Of a stretch of DNA of 64,000 bases, positions 40,983 to 52,554 are shown piece after piece (the first letter of the stretch is position 1; each line of letters opens with the position of its first letter). The stretch comes from Candidatus Latescibacterota bacterium (GTDB lineage: Bacteria > Latescibacterota > UBA2968 > GCA-2709665): NCBI GenBank assembly GCA_965219455.1, contig OZ244744.1:5504001-5568000 (forward strand), written 5' to 3'. The notes below the pieces were generated by a model. It did no database searches, was not told the origin of the DNA, and saw only the letters and a program-made list of their open reading frames with translations. The translations under genes were made by a program, and so were the position numbers.

Positions 40983-43607
40983 TTACGGTGTAAACGTCCG
41001 GGCAACACGAAATCCGATGATGCTGTCCCGAGTGCCGGCGGTATTCCTGTTGCGGTCCGCCGAACGCAGGAACCTCGGAGTGCTGAGCCACGAGCCGCCG
41101 CGCAACACGCGATTCGCGCAGGCGCCCCGCCCCCACGCCGATCCGTCCGCAGGCGCCCCCGCATAGCTGTCGTTCCAGCAATCTTGTGTCCACTCCCAAA
41201 CATTGCCCAACACGTCATGTAACCCAAATGCATTTGGCTCATAGTTGCCGGCTGGTGAAGTCCTGTAGTATCCATCGTCGCACGGCGCGACAGTCCAGCC
41301 ACTTTCGTGACGTCTTGCAGTCTCATCCGCTCCATTGCCATAATGACACTGTTCCCTTGACGATTCTCCCCAATAACGGGCTGCCGTCGTACCCGCACGC
41401 GACACGTACTCCCATTCCGACTCGCTCAGCAAACGATACCTTTCTCTCGTCCTTTCCGACAACCACCGCACATACCCCTGCGCGTCATTCCAACTCACGT
41501 TCATCACCGGACGGTTACCCCGGCCCCAGCCCCTATCATCCGGCCGATATCCCCCGCAACCCCCAGCGGACGCGCACGCGTCCCACTCCCCAAACGTCAC
41601 TTCATACACCCCAACCGCAAACCGATAACCGATCCGCACGCGATGCCGCGGACCCTCGTTATCATAACGCCCCGACTCCCCACCCGGAGACCCCATCATG
41701 AACGATCCCGACGGTACCACCACCATCTCCGGACAGTTCGCACAATCCCTGAATCTCCCGCCTACTGTGTGTTTACGCGCTTTTGATAATCTTACCTTCA
41801 ATTCTGACAACACTGACTCACCGACATTAAATACATTTAGAGAATCCACATACACTCCCGCCTTGTCCAAAGCCTCTTCTTCCATCGTTTCCTCAAACTT
41901 CCTCATATACAACTCGATCTTAGCCTGACGAAGGCGTTCCGCTTCCTGTTGACGCCGCGCCGCCTCTCGCGCTCCGGACAATCGACCTTCCAACTGCGAC
42001 AACACGGGAGCAGATGCATTGACGGAACGCAGCGATTCCACGTACCTGACCGCTGTATCGAAATCCTTCCGGTCGAGCGATTCCTCGAATTTTCGTTTGA
42101 AATCCACGACTTTGGCCAAGCGACGACGTTCCGCCTCCTCGGCGGCCAGCCGCTCCCTGCGCTCTTCCACCCGCCGACGCTGCTCCGCCCCGCGCGCCGT
42201 AGTAAGGCGCTCTTCCAGGCTCGACAACACCGGCGCATCGACCCACGCGCCACGTATCAGGGACACGTACTCATCCGCCTTATCGAACTCCTTGTCCACC
42301 AACGACGCATCAAACTTCGTCACGTAACGGCCGATTACGCTGTCCAGACCCGCGCTCGCTTCCTTATGGCCCGGCGCCAGGGCCAATACCGCCTGATACT
42401 TCTCCCACGCGTTGTTCCCCGCGGGACTCGTCAGCCGGTCCCGCGCCAGGTCTTCACCAGCGCCCGACAACAAAGCCGACATCTGTTTAGCAGCTTCTCC
42501 TTCCAGCGCCAGGCGGAGCTGCTCCGGGCGATGGATGTTTTCATAGTAATAATAGCCCCCTCCCATCAGAAGCGCCAACACGCACGCCACGGCGGCGAAA
42601 ACCGGCCACTTGCGTTTCCCGGCCTGCCTCACGGGTGGACCATCAACCGTTGTGCGCTGCCGTGACCTCGGTGGGCGACCCTTTTCGGGCCTGACGACGG
42701 GCCGCGGTTTCTTCGCGCTGTCCGGCGTCTTTCCGGAAAGCGCAGTACGCCACGCGGCCACGCTCTGCGGGCGGTCCCCCTCATCCACCTTCAACGCCAA
42801 ATCTATCGCCGCCAGAAATCCTCCGCTCGCCTGACCGGCGCAACGCTCGGCCACCGGAACCAGCGGATCGTTCCGCACCCGGTCCGTTGCATCGGCCGGG
42901 ACGTCGCCCGTCAACGCGTGGTAGCACACGGCGCCCAGCGCATATATATCCGTCCAAGGTCCCTGGTCGCCGCGACTGGAATACTGCTCGATGGGCGCGT
43001 AACCCGGCGTGATGATCGACGTGACAGACCGGCTGCGCGCACCGATCGCCTGACGCGCCGCGCCGAAGTCCAGCAGCACCGGCGACCTGTCCTCGTCGCG
43101 GATGATGATATTGCCAGGCTTGACGTCACGGTGCAGAAAATTGGCCTCGTGGACCTCCTCCAGACCGTCCAGAATCGGAAACAGAATGGCCTTAAGATCC
43201 GCTTCGCCCAACGTCTTTCTGCGTTTGAGGAATTCCGACAGGGTCTCCCCCTCGGCGTATTCCATCACGATATACGCCGTGCCGTGCGCCTTAAAAAAGC
43301 GAAACACTCTGATGATATGCCGGTGATCGAACCGGGCAAGGGTGCGCGCTTCGTCCAGGAATCGTTCCAGGCCCCACTCGAATTCACCCAGAAACTGGCT
43401 CGCCTTCGGGACCACGCTGTTGTCGTCCGTGCGCGCGGCAATGTCGTCCGGCAGGAATTCCTTGACCGCGACCCCTTTGTCCAGGTTGTGGTCAAAACCC
43501 AGATACGTCATGCCGAAACCGCCGAAGCCCAGCACTCTCATCAGTTCGTATTCCTGCAGCCGATAACCCTGCGGAAGCGCATTCAGCGGGTGTTGAGCAT
43601 GATTCAT
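40983..43607 (-). CDS. Receptor-like Ser/Thr kinase - TM - stalk - CLec (K2, DGR target)
   Basis: Same architecture; kinase and TM nearly identical to K1, different CLec loop. Confidence 0.93.
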   Translation of the reverse strand: MNHAQHPLNALPQGYRLQEYELMRVLGFGGFGMTYLGFDHNLDKGVAVKEFLPDDIAARTDDNSVVPKASQFLGEFEWGLERFLDEARTLARFDHRHIIRVFRFFKAHGTAYIVMEYAEGETLSEFLKRRKTLGEADLKAILFPILDGLEEVHEANFLHRDVKPGNIIIRDEDRSPVLLDFGAARQAIGARSRSVTSIITPGYAPIEQYSSRGDQGPWTDIYALGAVCYHALTGDVPADATDRVRNDPLVPVAERCAGQASGGFLAAIDLALKVDEGDRPQSVAAWRTALSGKTPDSAKKPRPVVRPEKGRPPRSRQRTTVDGPPVRQAGKRKWPVFAAVACVLALLMGGGYYYYENIHRPEQLRLALEGEAAKQMSALLSGAGEDLARDRLTSPAGNNAWEKYQAVLALAPGHKEASAGLDSVIGRYVTKFDASLVDKEFDKADEYVSLIRGAWVDAPVLSSLEERLTTARGAEQRRRVEERRERLAAEEAERRRLAKVVDFKRKFEESLDRKDFDTAVRYVESLRSVNASAPVLSQLEGRLSGAREAARRQQEAERLRQAKIELYMRKFEETMEEEALDKAGVYVDSLNVFNVGESVLSELKVRLSKARKHTVGGRFRDCANCPEMVVVPSGSFMMGSPGGESGRYDNEGPRHRVRIGYRFAVGVYEVTFGEWDACASAGGCGGYRPDDRGWGRGNRPVMNVSWNDAQGYVRWLSERTRERYRLLSESEWEYVSRAGTTAARYWGESSREQCHYGNGADETARRHESGWTVAPCDDGYYRTSPAGNYEPNAFGLHDVLGNVWEWTQDCWNDSYAGAPADGSAWGRGACANRVLRGGSWLSTPRFLRSADRNRNTAGTRDSIIGFRVARTFTP
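40999..41111 (-). repeat. DGR variable repeat VR2
   Basis: Versus TR 54931-55043: 16 substitutions at TR adenines and 2 synonymous non-A changes, no indels. Confidence 0.88.
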
Positions 43608-43836
43608 GGCGTAATCTTCAAAGGGTGTTCAATTGCAAAACCAGCAAGTCGAGGGAAGGGACCTGCCTGCCGAGCAGAACTCGGCGCAGGCAGGTGCCCA
43701 CGGTCCCGGGAGGCAGCGGTCAGAATGACAGATGTCCTGAAATCATCAGCGAATCGTGCCCGTTACACGCACGCCCGTACTGACATGCTGAGGAGGCCGC
43801 CCCTGGGTTTTATCTTGCCTATCCTGTTCATCCATG

Positions 43837-45815
<1,979 letters not shown>

Positions 45816-45833
45816 TTTCCCGGTTTCGCGCCT

Positions 45834-46577
45834 TTACGTATCCTGCCAGTCAAACGCGTCGCCGCACAGGGGTACGAATCGCAGAACCGTATCCCCGACG
45901 CCGATATGGCTATGCGCAGGTAATTCAGTTGGAACCAGTACGGGCTGATCCCCCAGGTAGGTCAAATTGGCGCCAACGCCGTGCTGCACGGTAAACTTCC
46001 TGCCGCGGGGATCGTAGTTCACGATGGCATGTCCCCCCCGGGATACCTGACTATCGCCGAAATCGAGGTTCACGCGAGCGGTCTCTCCCCGGCCAATGGT
46101 ATTTTGCCCGTAACCCAGCTGAAGGGCTTTTCCCTTACCGGGTCCCTCGACAATCGCCAACCACCCCACAACCGGATTATTCATGCCGTCGGCTTCGACG
46201 GCGGGCTTCCGCTTTTCACCCGGCGTCGGGCGCCCACCGATGTTGATGACTGTGCGTTCCTCCTCCTTTCCCGGTCCGGGCGTTGAGGCGCGCTTTTTCT
46301 TACGTCGTCCGACGGGGAAGTCGGTTGCCGGTTCCGTCTGTCCAAGCAGTTTTGTGGGCTCATCCAGGCGGCCCCCGCCAGCGACGTCGCCACCCCGCTC
46401 CGGCGCGGGTTGCCGCCCCGGCTTAGTGGGTTCATTCGAACCTCCCGCGGTCTCACGGCCACCCGGATGGGCCGGCGGCGCCAGATCTTCAATCCGATCA
46501 GTCGGCACGGTTCCGTCGTCCGTCTTTTTACTTTTCTCCTCCACGATCTTGCCATCGGGTCCGCGGTAAACGGGCAT
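45834..46577 (-). CDS. FHA-domain protein with long disordered N-terminus
   Basis: VVGWLAIVEGPGKG, IGRG, VSR..H, NLTY; Pro/Gly/Thr-rich N-terminal region. Confidence 0.85.
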   Translation of the reverse strand: MPVYRGPDGKIVEEKSKKTDDGTVPTDRIEDLAPPAHPGGRETAGGSNEPTKPGRQPAPERGGDVAGGGRLDEPTKLLGQTEPATDFPVGRRKKKRASTPGPGKEEERTVINIGGRPTPGEKRKPAVEADGMNNPVVGWLAIVEGPGKGKALQLGYGQNTIGRGETARVNLDFGDSQVSRGGHAIVNYDPRGRKFTVQHGVGANLTYLGDQPVLVPTELPAHSHIGVGDTVLRFVPLCGDAFDWQDT

Positions 46578-46689
46578 AACGACGTCCTCCTAAAGCGGTG
46601 AGCGGAAAGAGGTGAGATTCCTGTAACAAGACTTTGCACAAATCAGTGCCTGTTTATCTACGCTGTTTGCGTCGGGTGCGGGGTTGGCA

Positions 46690-46801
46690 TCCCCCCACCG
46701 CATCAGCCGTCGCCGGCCCTTCGACCCTTCGACAAGCTCAGGGACCGCAGGCTCAGGGAACCGGCTCGGCTTCTGCGACTCCGCCTCAAGGGGGGAGTGA
46801 T
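46690..46801. repeat. Nested palindromic repeat cluster
   Basis: CCCTTCGA[CCCTTCGACAAGCTCAGGGACCG]CAGGCTCAGGGAACCGG inside a CCCCCC...GGGGGGAGTGAT element. Confidence 0.55.
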
Positions 46802-46919
46802 GAAAACGAAGCGCTTGATCGGTCTGCCTGTGCGGTCAGTGTCCTTTGGTTTGTTGATGAGACGCGAGGTCTTGTGGACGCGGGGTGGTCCTCTCCCGTC
46901 TAACGTCTCACCGCTCCTG

Positions 46920-47693
46920 TCATTTTTCATACAGCCTGTTAATCAGATTATCCAGACAGTACTGGCCCGACCGGTTCAACGCCATTTCCTCTTTCTGCTG
47001 CACGACATGCAGGGCAAAGACAAGCAACGCCGATTGGAGCAGGGCAAGCAGAGTCGTGTAGAACGCAACGCCCAGCCGCCCGGTGATCTCCGGCAGCAGA
47101 TTCGGATCCTGTGGATTTTCATTGCTTCCGGCGTAATCCAGCGCCAGGGCGATCCCCACAACCGTGCCGATAAAACCCAGCGTGGGAATCAACCAGACCA
47201 GGTACCGCAGCATGTTGTATTTGAGTTCAAGCTCGTGTTGAAACAGTTCAAGGGAAGAATTCAAGAGAGAATTCGCCTGGTTGACGGATCCGCTGCCCTG
47301 GAATTGCAGGATGCAGCGCAAGGTCAGACGCTGCAGAAAATACGTCGGCTCCCCGTCCGCCGGGCGCAACCTGTTATAGAGAGGGCCCAGGTCCTGCGAT
47401 CGCAACATGCTCGTGTCGTCTTCCGGTAGATATCGCATCGAGAGTTGCGCTGTCTCCAGGTTGGATTGGTTGAACCGCCGCCACAACTCGCCGCAACTGA
47501 TGAAAAACATAATCCACATGGTATTCTGGATGGAAAACGGATAGGAATTCGCCTGCCGATCGAGCAGGAAGTCGCCAGCCATGGAATCGCCGCTCTTGAA
47601 AATGAAGCTCATTACGGCAATGAATACAACGCCGGTGACCACGCTCACGCCGAATGCGATCAGCCGTAGATTCGTCTCGGAATTCCGTTCCAT
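46920..47693 (-). CDS. MotA/TolQ/ExbB proton-channel family protein
   Basis: IPTLGFIGTVVGI and GVAFYTTLLAL TM motifs; ATG 47693 directly after the FHA gene stop. Confidence 0.88.
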   Translation of the reverse strand: MERNSETNLRLIAFGVSVVTGVVFIAVMSFIFKSGDSMAGDFLLDRQANSYPFSIQNTMWIMFFISCGELWRRFNQSNLETAQLSMRYLPEDDTSMLRSQDLGPLYNRLRPADGEPTYFLQRLTLRCILQFQGSGSVNQANSLLNSSLELFQHELELKYNMLRYLVWLIPTLGFIGTVVGIALALDYAGSNENPQDPNLLPEITGRLGVAFYTTLLALLQSALLVFALHVVQQKEEMALNRSGQYCLDNLINRLYEK

Positions 47694-47694
47694 A

Positions 47695-48081
47695 TCAGCC
47701 CTCGTCTGGAATGATTTCACCTGTATCGGGATTGCGGCGTACGTTGCCCCCGGGAAGGGCGTCCGCCTGTTTCGGGTCGGCAGCCGGGCGCCCCGGGTCC
47801 TGATCACCCCTCGCTCCGAGTTTCTGCAGTAGTCCGAGCGCAGTTGTCTGGTGACGACCGAGGAGAATTGCATCCTCTGGGGATATGAATTCCTGCCTGA
47901 TGCGGATCCACTCGCCATTCCGCGCCACGTAACTGCCGTTCCTGCTCGCACAGTCGGTCAGATAGTACGACCCTTTCGCGGTTACGACCAACTCGGCGTG
48001 GATACGTGAGACCGTGGCGTCGTCAATGCGAATATCCGCGTCCGTACCGCGACCGATTCTATACGTCGAAAAGCCGGACAT
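47695..48081 (-). CDS. Small FHA-domain protein
   Basis: IGRG, VSRIHA, SRNGSY. Confidence 0.88.
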   Translation of the reverse strand: MSGFSTYRIGRGTDADIRIDDATVSRIHAELVVTAKGSYYLTDCASRNGSYVARNGEWIRIRQEFISPEDAILLGRHQTTALGLLQKLGARGDQDPGRPAADPKQADALPGGNVRRNPDTGEIIPDEG

Positions 48082-48092
48082 TACGAGATCCT

Positions 48093-48857
48093 CTAATGGT
48101 GTGTGACGCGCATATTACCTTCGGCATCGACGGTTACCGTCGCCACCAGTTCCTTGTCACCTTCTCTTCTTAGCCGTATCTGCCGCAAAGGCGTCTGGCC
48201 GTCCGGCGTCAATACACCTCCCCGCACAAGCACACTCTCTCCCTTGTCGGTATTGAAATATTTGTAGTACACCCGATAAGTCCCTGCCTCTGCCAACGGA
48301 TGCAGCCAGATTTCATTACCTGGCCCCCTTGTATTGTCCTCTTCCAGCTTTGCCCGAGAACCCGAAAACGAACGGTTCCTGTAATAGAACTCGCGTCCGG
48401 CGGGGTCGAGAACGTGCAGGTCGATATCGTCGCCTGTATTCCAACTCATGATGATCAAGAGGAATTTCTTCCGCGCCTGCGCCTGACACGACGATAGGTC
48501 CGCCTCGAGATCCCGGTTGCGGCTTTCGCACTCGCCCAGAGCGTTCCTGGACACGGACCCCTGCTGCTGCTCTTCACACGCCGCAAGCTGTCCTTCAAGC
48601 TGCCGGTTAAGTTCCTCACAGGCGGCCAGGCCATCCGGGGATACCGACGCCTGCTGTTGGTCTTCACACGCGGCCAGGGCCGCCTGGACCTGCTCAAGCT
48701 GCGCCCTCACTTCCGCCACCCGCTCCGCAGAATCGCCGGTGTTCGGGAAGTACGGAAACAGGACAAAAGCAATGAGTATGAATGCGCCCATCGCCGAGGC
48801 GAACAGGTCCAGTGCCGACATACTGAAGATATTGAGTTCCCTGCTGCGGGATTTCAT
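48093..48857 (-). CDS. Single-TM partner of the MotA-like protein: Asp-containing TM, coiled coil, YfaP/DUF2135-like C-terminal domain
   Basis: FSMSALDLFASAMGAFILI TM; LAACE repeats; SW..DDIDLHVLDP.G...D...GPGNE. Confidence 0.65.
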   Translation of the reverse strand: MKSRSRELNIFSMSALDLFASAMGAFILIAFVLFPYFPNTGDSAERVAEVRAQLEQVQAALAACEDQQQASVSPDGLAACEELNRQLEGQLAACEEQQQGSVSRNALGECESRNRDLEADLSSCQAQARKKFLLIIMSWNTGDDIDLHVLDPAGREFYYRNRSFSGSRAKLEEDNTRGPGNEIWLHPLAEAGTYRVYYKYFNTDKGESVLVRGGVLTPDGQTPLRQIRLRREGDKELVATVTVDAEGNMRVTHH

Positions 48858-48872
48858 GACGCGGCACTCCTG

Positions 48873-50489
48873 TCAGGATTTGGAAACCATCAACTCCACG
48901 TCGCCCAGCGCAACAGTGGCGCCATAGTCCAGACGCTCCGGACGAAAGGGAGGCAGGCGACGGCGATTCAGCAACGTCACGTTGCTCGAGTTCAGATCTT
49001 CGATACGAAATCCATTGTCAGCAGCGCTGATTCTGACGTGACGCCTGGATACATTGTCGTCGTGGATGACTTCATCCACAAGGTCCGGATGCCTGCCCAG
49101 CGAAAGTCCCAGCCGTTGTCCCACGAATTTTTCCGGCGATAGCGCGATGCGAACGCGGTTGCCCCGCCCGTCGAACCCGGCCAGCACCAGACCGTGTCCC
49201 GGGCGCTGCCCTTCCGGTGGTCCTTCAACCGCCCCGTCGTGCGCTCTTCGTCTGATGGGCCGGCTCAGCTGTTCGGCAACGTGGATGATCTGCTGCCGTG
49301 GTTTCTTCAGGCCGAGCAGCAGGGCCGCGAATGTCAGGATACCAAGAAACGTCCCACCTATAAGAAAACGCCGTCGCGACGCTTCAGCATGCAGACGAGT
49401 TTCTTCAACTTCCCGCATCGCTTCTTCCACCTGGCGCGCGGCCTCACCTGCCTGGCGCTTCGCATCCTCCGCCTCCTGGCGCGTCCGTCCCGCTTCCCGG
49501 GTCGCTTCCTCCGCTCGCCGGGTCGCTTCTTCGGCCTCCTGGCGCGTCCGTCCTGCTTCCCGGGTCGCTTCCCCCGCTCGCCGGCTCGCTTCTTCGGCCT
49601 TCCGACGCGTTTTTTCTGTTTCCCGGCTTGCTTCTTCCGCCAGGCGCCTGGCCTCCCCCGCCTGGCGCCTGGCCTCCCCCGCCTGGCGCGTCGCTTCTTC
49701 CGCTTCGCGGCGTGCCTTTTCCGCCTCCTCGTATCCACCGGCGCCACCTGCCGGCGCGCACGGACTGGTTTCCGGTGTTTGGAAAGGGATTCGGTGATCG
49801 CGAAGCAGCGTTACCAATTCCTCCACGTGTGAAGACCAGTATATTCCCGCCGCGTGGGGCACGCGGGTGACTCCCTCGGATTGGCTTTCGATGACAACGA
49901 GAGACGCCTGCGTATTCACGCCAATCACCCTCCCGCAATCATCCAACAGTGGTCCCCCGCTGTTACCGGGATTCGTAGGGGCGTTGTGTTGAATAATTCT
50001 GAACGTCTGCGTGTGCCAGGCACCGGAAAAGAGCCTGCCGATGACGCCGTCCTGCACCGTCGCATCATCGGCGAAACTCTCTCTATCTGCCTCTCCAGGA
50101 TAGCCGATGGCCCACACCTTCTGTCCAGCCTTCAGTTCAGCGAGGGAAAGCCGCACGGGCGGGAGATCGAGTCTTCGCGCGTGGAGGATTGCCAGATCCA
50201 GTTCGGTGGATACGGCAATCACCTTGACGTTGTACAGGGAATTGGACTTTGCAGGGCGAACCCTGATCCGGCCGCCGCTGTCAATCACATGGAGGTTTGT
50301 GGCGACAAATCCTCGATCATTGATCACAAACCCTGTACCTGTGCCGATCCCCTGGTTCGTCTCAGTCAGAATCCGAACAACACTCCTCTTCAGCCTGTTG
50401 AAATCCGGCGTGGCCAACACGTCGTGCCCGTGTAAGAGAAACGCGATCAGGAGACAGACGGCACGCAACGATCTGACAGCTTTCCGCAT
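48873..50489 (-). CDS. Trypsin-like serine protease - heptad stalk - TM - FHA
   Basis: Signal peptide; triad TNLHV, LDLAIL, PGNSGGP; about 16 heptads; TM; FHA LGR..VSRRH..SSN. Confidence 0.88.
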   Translation of the reverse strand: MRKAVRSLRAVCLLIAFLLHGHDVLATPDFNRLKRSVVRILTETNQGIGTGTGFVINDRGFVATNLHVIDSGGRIRVRPAKSNSLYNVKVIAVSTELDLAILHARRLDLPPVRLSLAELKAGQKVWAIGYPGEADRESFADDATVQDGVIGRLFSGAWHTQTFRIIQHNAPTNPGNSGGPLLDDCGRVIGVNTQASLVVIESQSEGVTRVPHAAGIYWSSHVEELVTLLRDHRIPFQTPETSPCAPAGGAGGYEEAEKARREAEEATRQAGEARRQAGEARRLAEEASRETEKTRRKAEEASRRAGEATREAGRTRQEAEEATRRAEEATREAGRTRQEAEDAKRQAGEAARQVEEAMREVEETRLHAEASRRRFLIGGTFLGILTFAALLLGLKKPRQQIIHVAEQLSRPIRRRAHDGAVEGPPEGQRPGHGLVLAGFDGRGNRVRIALSPEKFVGQRLGLSLGRHPDLVDEVIHDDNVSRRHVRISAADNGFRIEDLNSSNVTLLNRRRLPPFRPERLDYGATVALGDVELMVSKS

Positions 50490-50492
50490 GAC

Positions 50493-52070
50493 TCACTCCG
50501 GGATCAGACGCACCTGAAACACCACGGGCCCCATCTCCAACCGATCGTTGTCCCGCAATTCCTCCGGTTCATTGGCGTTGAGCGTGCGGCCGTTTACCCT
50601 GGTTCCGTTCGTGGAGTTCAGGTCCTCCGCGTAGAGGCGTCCGCCGGCATACGAGAACCTGACGTGTTCGCGTGAGACGGCTTCGTGGGCGATGATAAAT
50701 TCCGAGTTGGCGGGGCTTCTTCCCAGCGCAACGCCGGAGGGCAGCGCCAGCGCCGGGACGCTCAACACAAAGGGCCGCCCCACGTCGTCCTGGCCTTCCA
50801 GCAGACACCTGAACGGCGCGGGTTGGGGCGCGCGCGCCGCGGCCTGCCGCGCGGCTTCTGCCTGCCGTTCCGCCTCTTTGGCGCGGGATGAACTGCTGTG
50901 CAACTGTGCTCTTTTCGCGCGTGCGAATAGCAACCAGCCGAGAAGCAATAGAACGACGACGGCAGCCCCAGCGAGAACGGTCCATTGAAACCGTTCGGAC
51001 GTCTCTTCGCGCTCCTGGTTCTGAACCGCGGCCAGGCTATCCCGTGTTGTCCGGAGTCGATCTGCCGCCGACATTCTTATGGAATCCGCACGCGTGCGGG
51101 CCAGGGAATCCGCCCATGCATGCGCCCGTGTCAAACTGTCTTCCCGCGCCTGTTTCAAGGAATCGGTCCGGGCCTGCGCGCGTTCGAGGCGTCTTCTTTC
51201 TGCCCTCAGGCGTTCGTCCGCCGCCGACTTTATGGAGTCCTCCCGCGTCTGCCGCAGGGAATCTGTCCTTGCCCGTTCCCGTCTCAGACTGTCTTCCCGT
51301 GCCCGGGTCAGGGAATCTTTCCGCGCCTGCGCCCGTCTCAAGCTGTCTTCCCGCGCCTCCGCGCGTTCAATAGCAGTCAGGCATGCGTCGTCAACGAAGG
51401 TATGGGCAATTTCCGCATCATTGAGCACGTTCACGATATCGCCGCTGCGCAACGCGAAGACGGTTCCCCTGGGATCCTTGTCGTTCCGGAACGGCCAGCG
51501 CCCGCTCTCCGGGTCGGGCAGGTTGATGCCAACCACGTCCCCACATTCATTGAACACGGGCATACCGAACGCCCTTGACGTCACAATGGCGTTGTGCTGC
51601 AGCAGATGTACGACGGAATCGGCAGGGGTCCTGCCCGGGACGTCCTGGTGGGCGCCGATGGTACCGCGGGCAACCCGGACGCTGTCACCAGCGGCGAACG
51701 TGAGGGTCTCCACCACCCGCCCCACGCCGGCCCCCTGCTCCGACAGGCTCAGGGGCGGGGATCCCAGGCCCTGCACGCGCAACAGAGCGAGGTTCATCTC
51801 CCTGCTGGCGAATACCTCCCGGGATAAAATCTCCGCACCAGTCTTCAGGGACAACACGGTCACCCGGTCCGCATTCGCCAGGAGGTGCGCGTTGGTCAGC
51901 ACGTCTCCGTTTCCATTCACGACAAAGCCGCACCCTTCGGCCGCGACCCTGTTATATCTGTGCGCACGCACCCGGACGATGCTCTCCGATACGACGTCGA
52001 CGTCGATTTGCCCGAACGCCGGGCCGGCCAACGAGAACACAGCGATCTGCACAAGCAACGAGACTCGCAT
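50493..52070 (-). CDS. Inactive trypsin-like domain - DSL-repeat stalk - TM - FHA
   Basis: Signal peptide from ATG 52070 (preceded by AGGAG); TNAH kept but MNLALL and SRAFGMP replace the Asp and GNSGG; intact FHA LGR..VSREH..STNGT. Confidence 0.85.
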   Translation of the reverse strand: MRVSLLVQIAVFSLAGPAFGQIDVDVVSESIVRVRAHRYNRVAAEGCGFVVNGNGDVLTNAHLLANADRVTVLSLKTGAEILSREVFASREMNLALLRVQGLGSPPLSLSEQGAGVGRVVETLTFAAGDSVRVARGTIGAHQDVPGRTPADSVVHLLQHNAIVTSRAFGMPVFNECGDVVGINLPDPESGRWPFRNDKDPRGTVFALRSGDIVNVLNDAEIAHTFVDDACLTAIERAEAREDSLRRAQARKDSLTRAREDSLRRERARTDSLRQTREDSIKSAADERLRAERRRLERAQARTDSLKQAREDSLTRAHAWADSLARTRADSIRMSAADRLRTTRDSLAAVQNQEREETSERFQWTVLAGAAVVVLLLLGWLLFARAKRAQLHSSSSRAKEAERQAEAARQAAARAPQPAPFRCLLEGQDDVGRPFVLSVPALALPSGVALGRSPANSEFIIAHEAVSREHVRFSYAGGRLYAEDLNSTNGTRVNGRTLNANEPEELRDNDRLEMGPVVFQVRLIPE

Positions 52071-52554
52071 AAAGAGACTCTCCTGGAGGAAAGTGAAAGG
52101 TCTCACAGTATGGACAGGATTCCGGTCTTTGGTTTTATCCTGTTCATCCATGTTCCTCGATTTCGTGAATTGAAGCCATACTCGCCACGTGTTGCGAAAC
52201 GCAACAGATGGCGCATATTGCGACAGTCTGGCGCGCACGATGCCGGACACGTCCGACGTTTCAGTCCGGTCTCTTCTCTTTCGAGTATTGCCCGGACAAC
52301 GCATTGCGCGGAACATCCGCCAACCTGAATCGTTACCGAACCGACAATATATAGTCTACTATTCTTAATGCAACCATTAGATATTTTACGTATTTATATA
52401 TACTTTACATTTTTATATACACGTTCGGTACTATTTTCCGCGAGTTTACCCATCGTCGTGGCTGATTGTTCTCATCGGCGTTGACTTTAGACGCATTTAA
52501 ACGTGCGCCACGGATACAGGCCGGGCGCGACCGCGGAATACAGGTAAACAGGGA

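Noticed and set aside
46920-48857. Zorya (ZorAB) or TonB/Tol system
   Set aside because: No OmpA-like domain on the partner, no long ZorA tail, and no ZorC/D/E, TonB or TolA/TolB in the window
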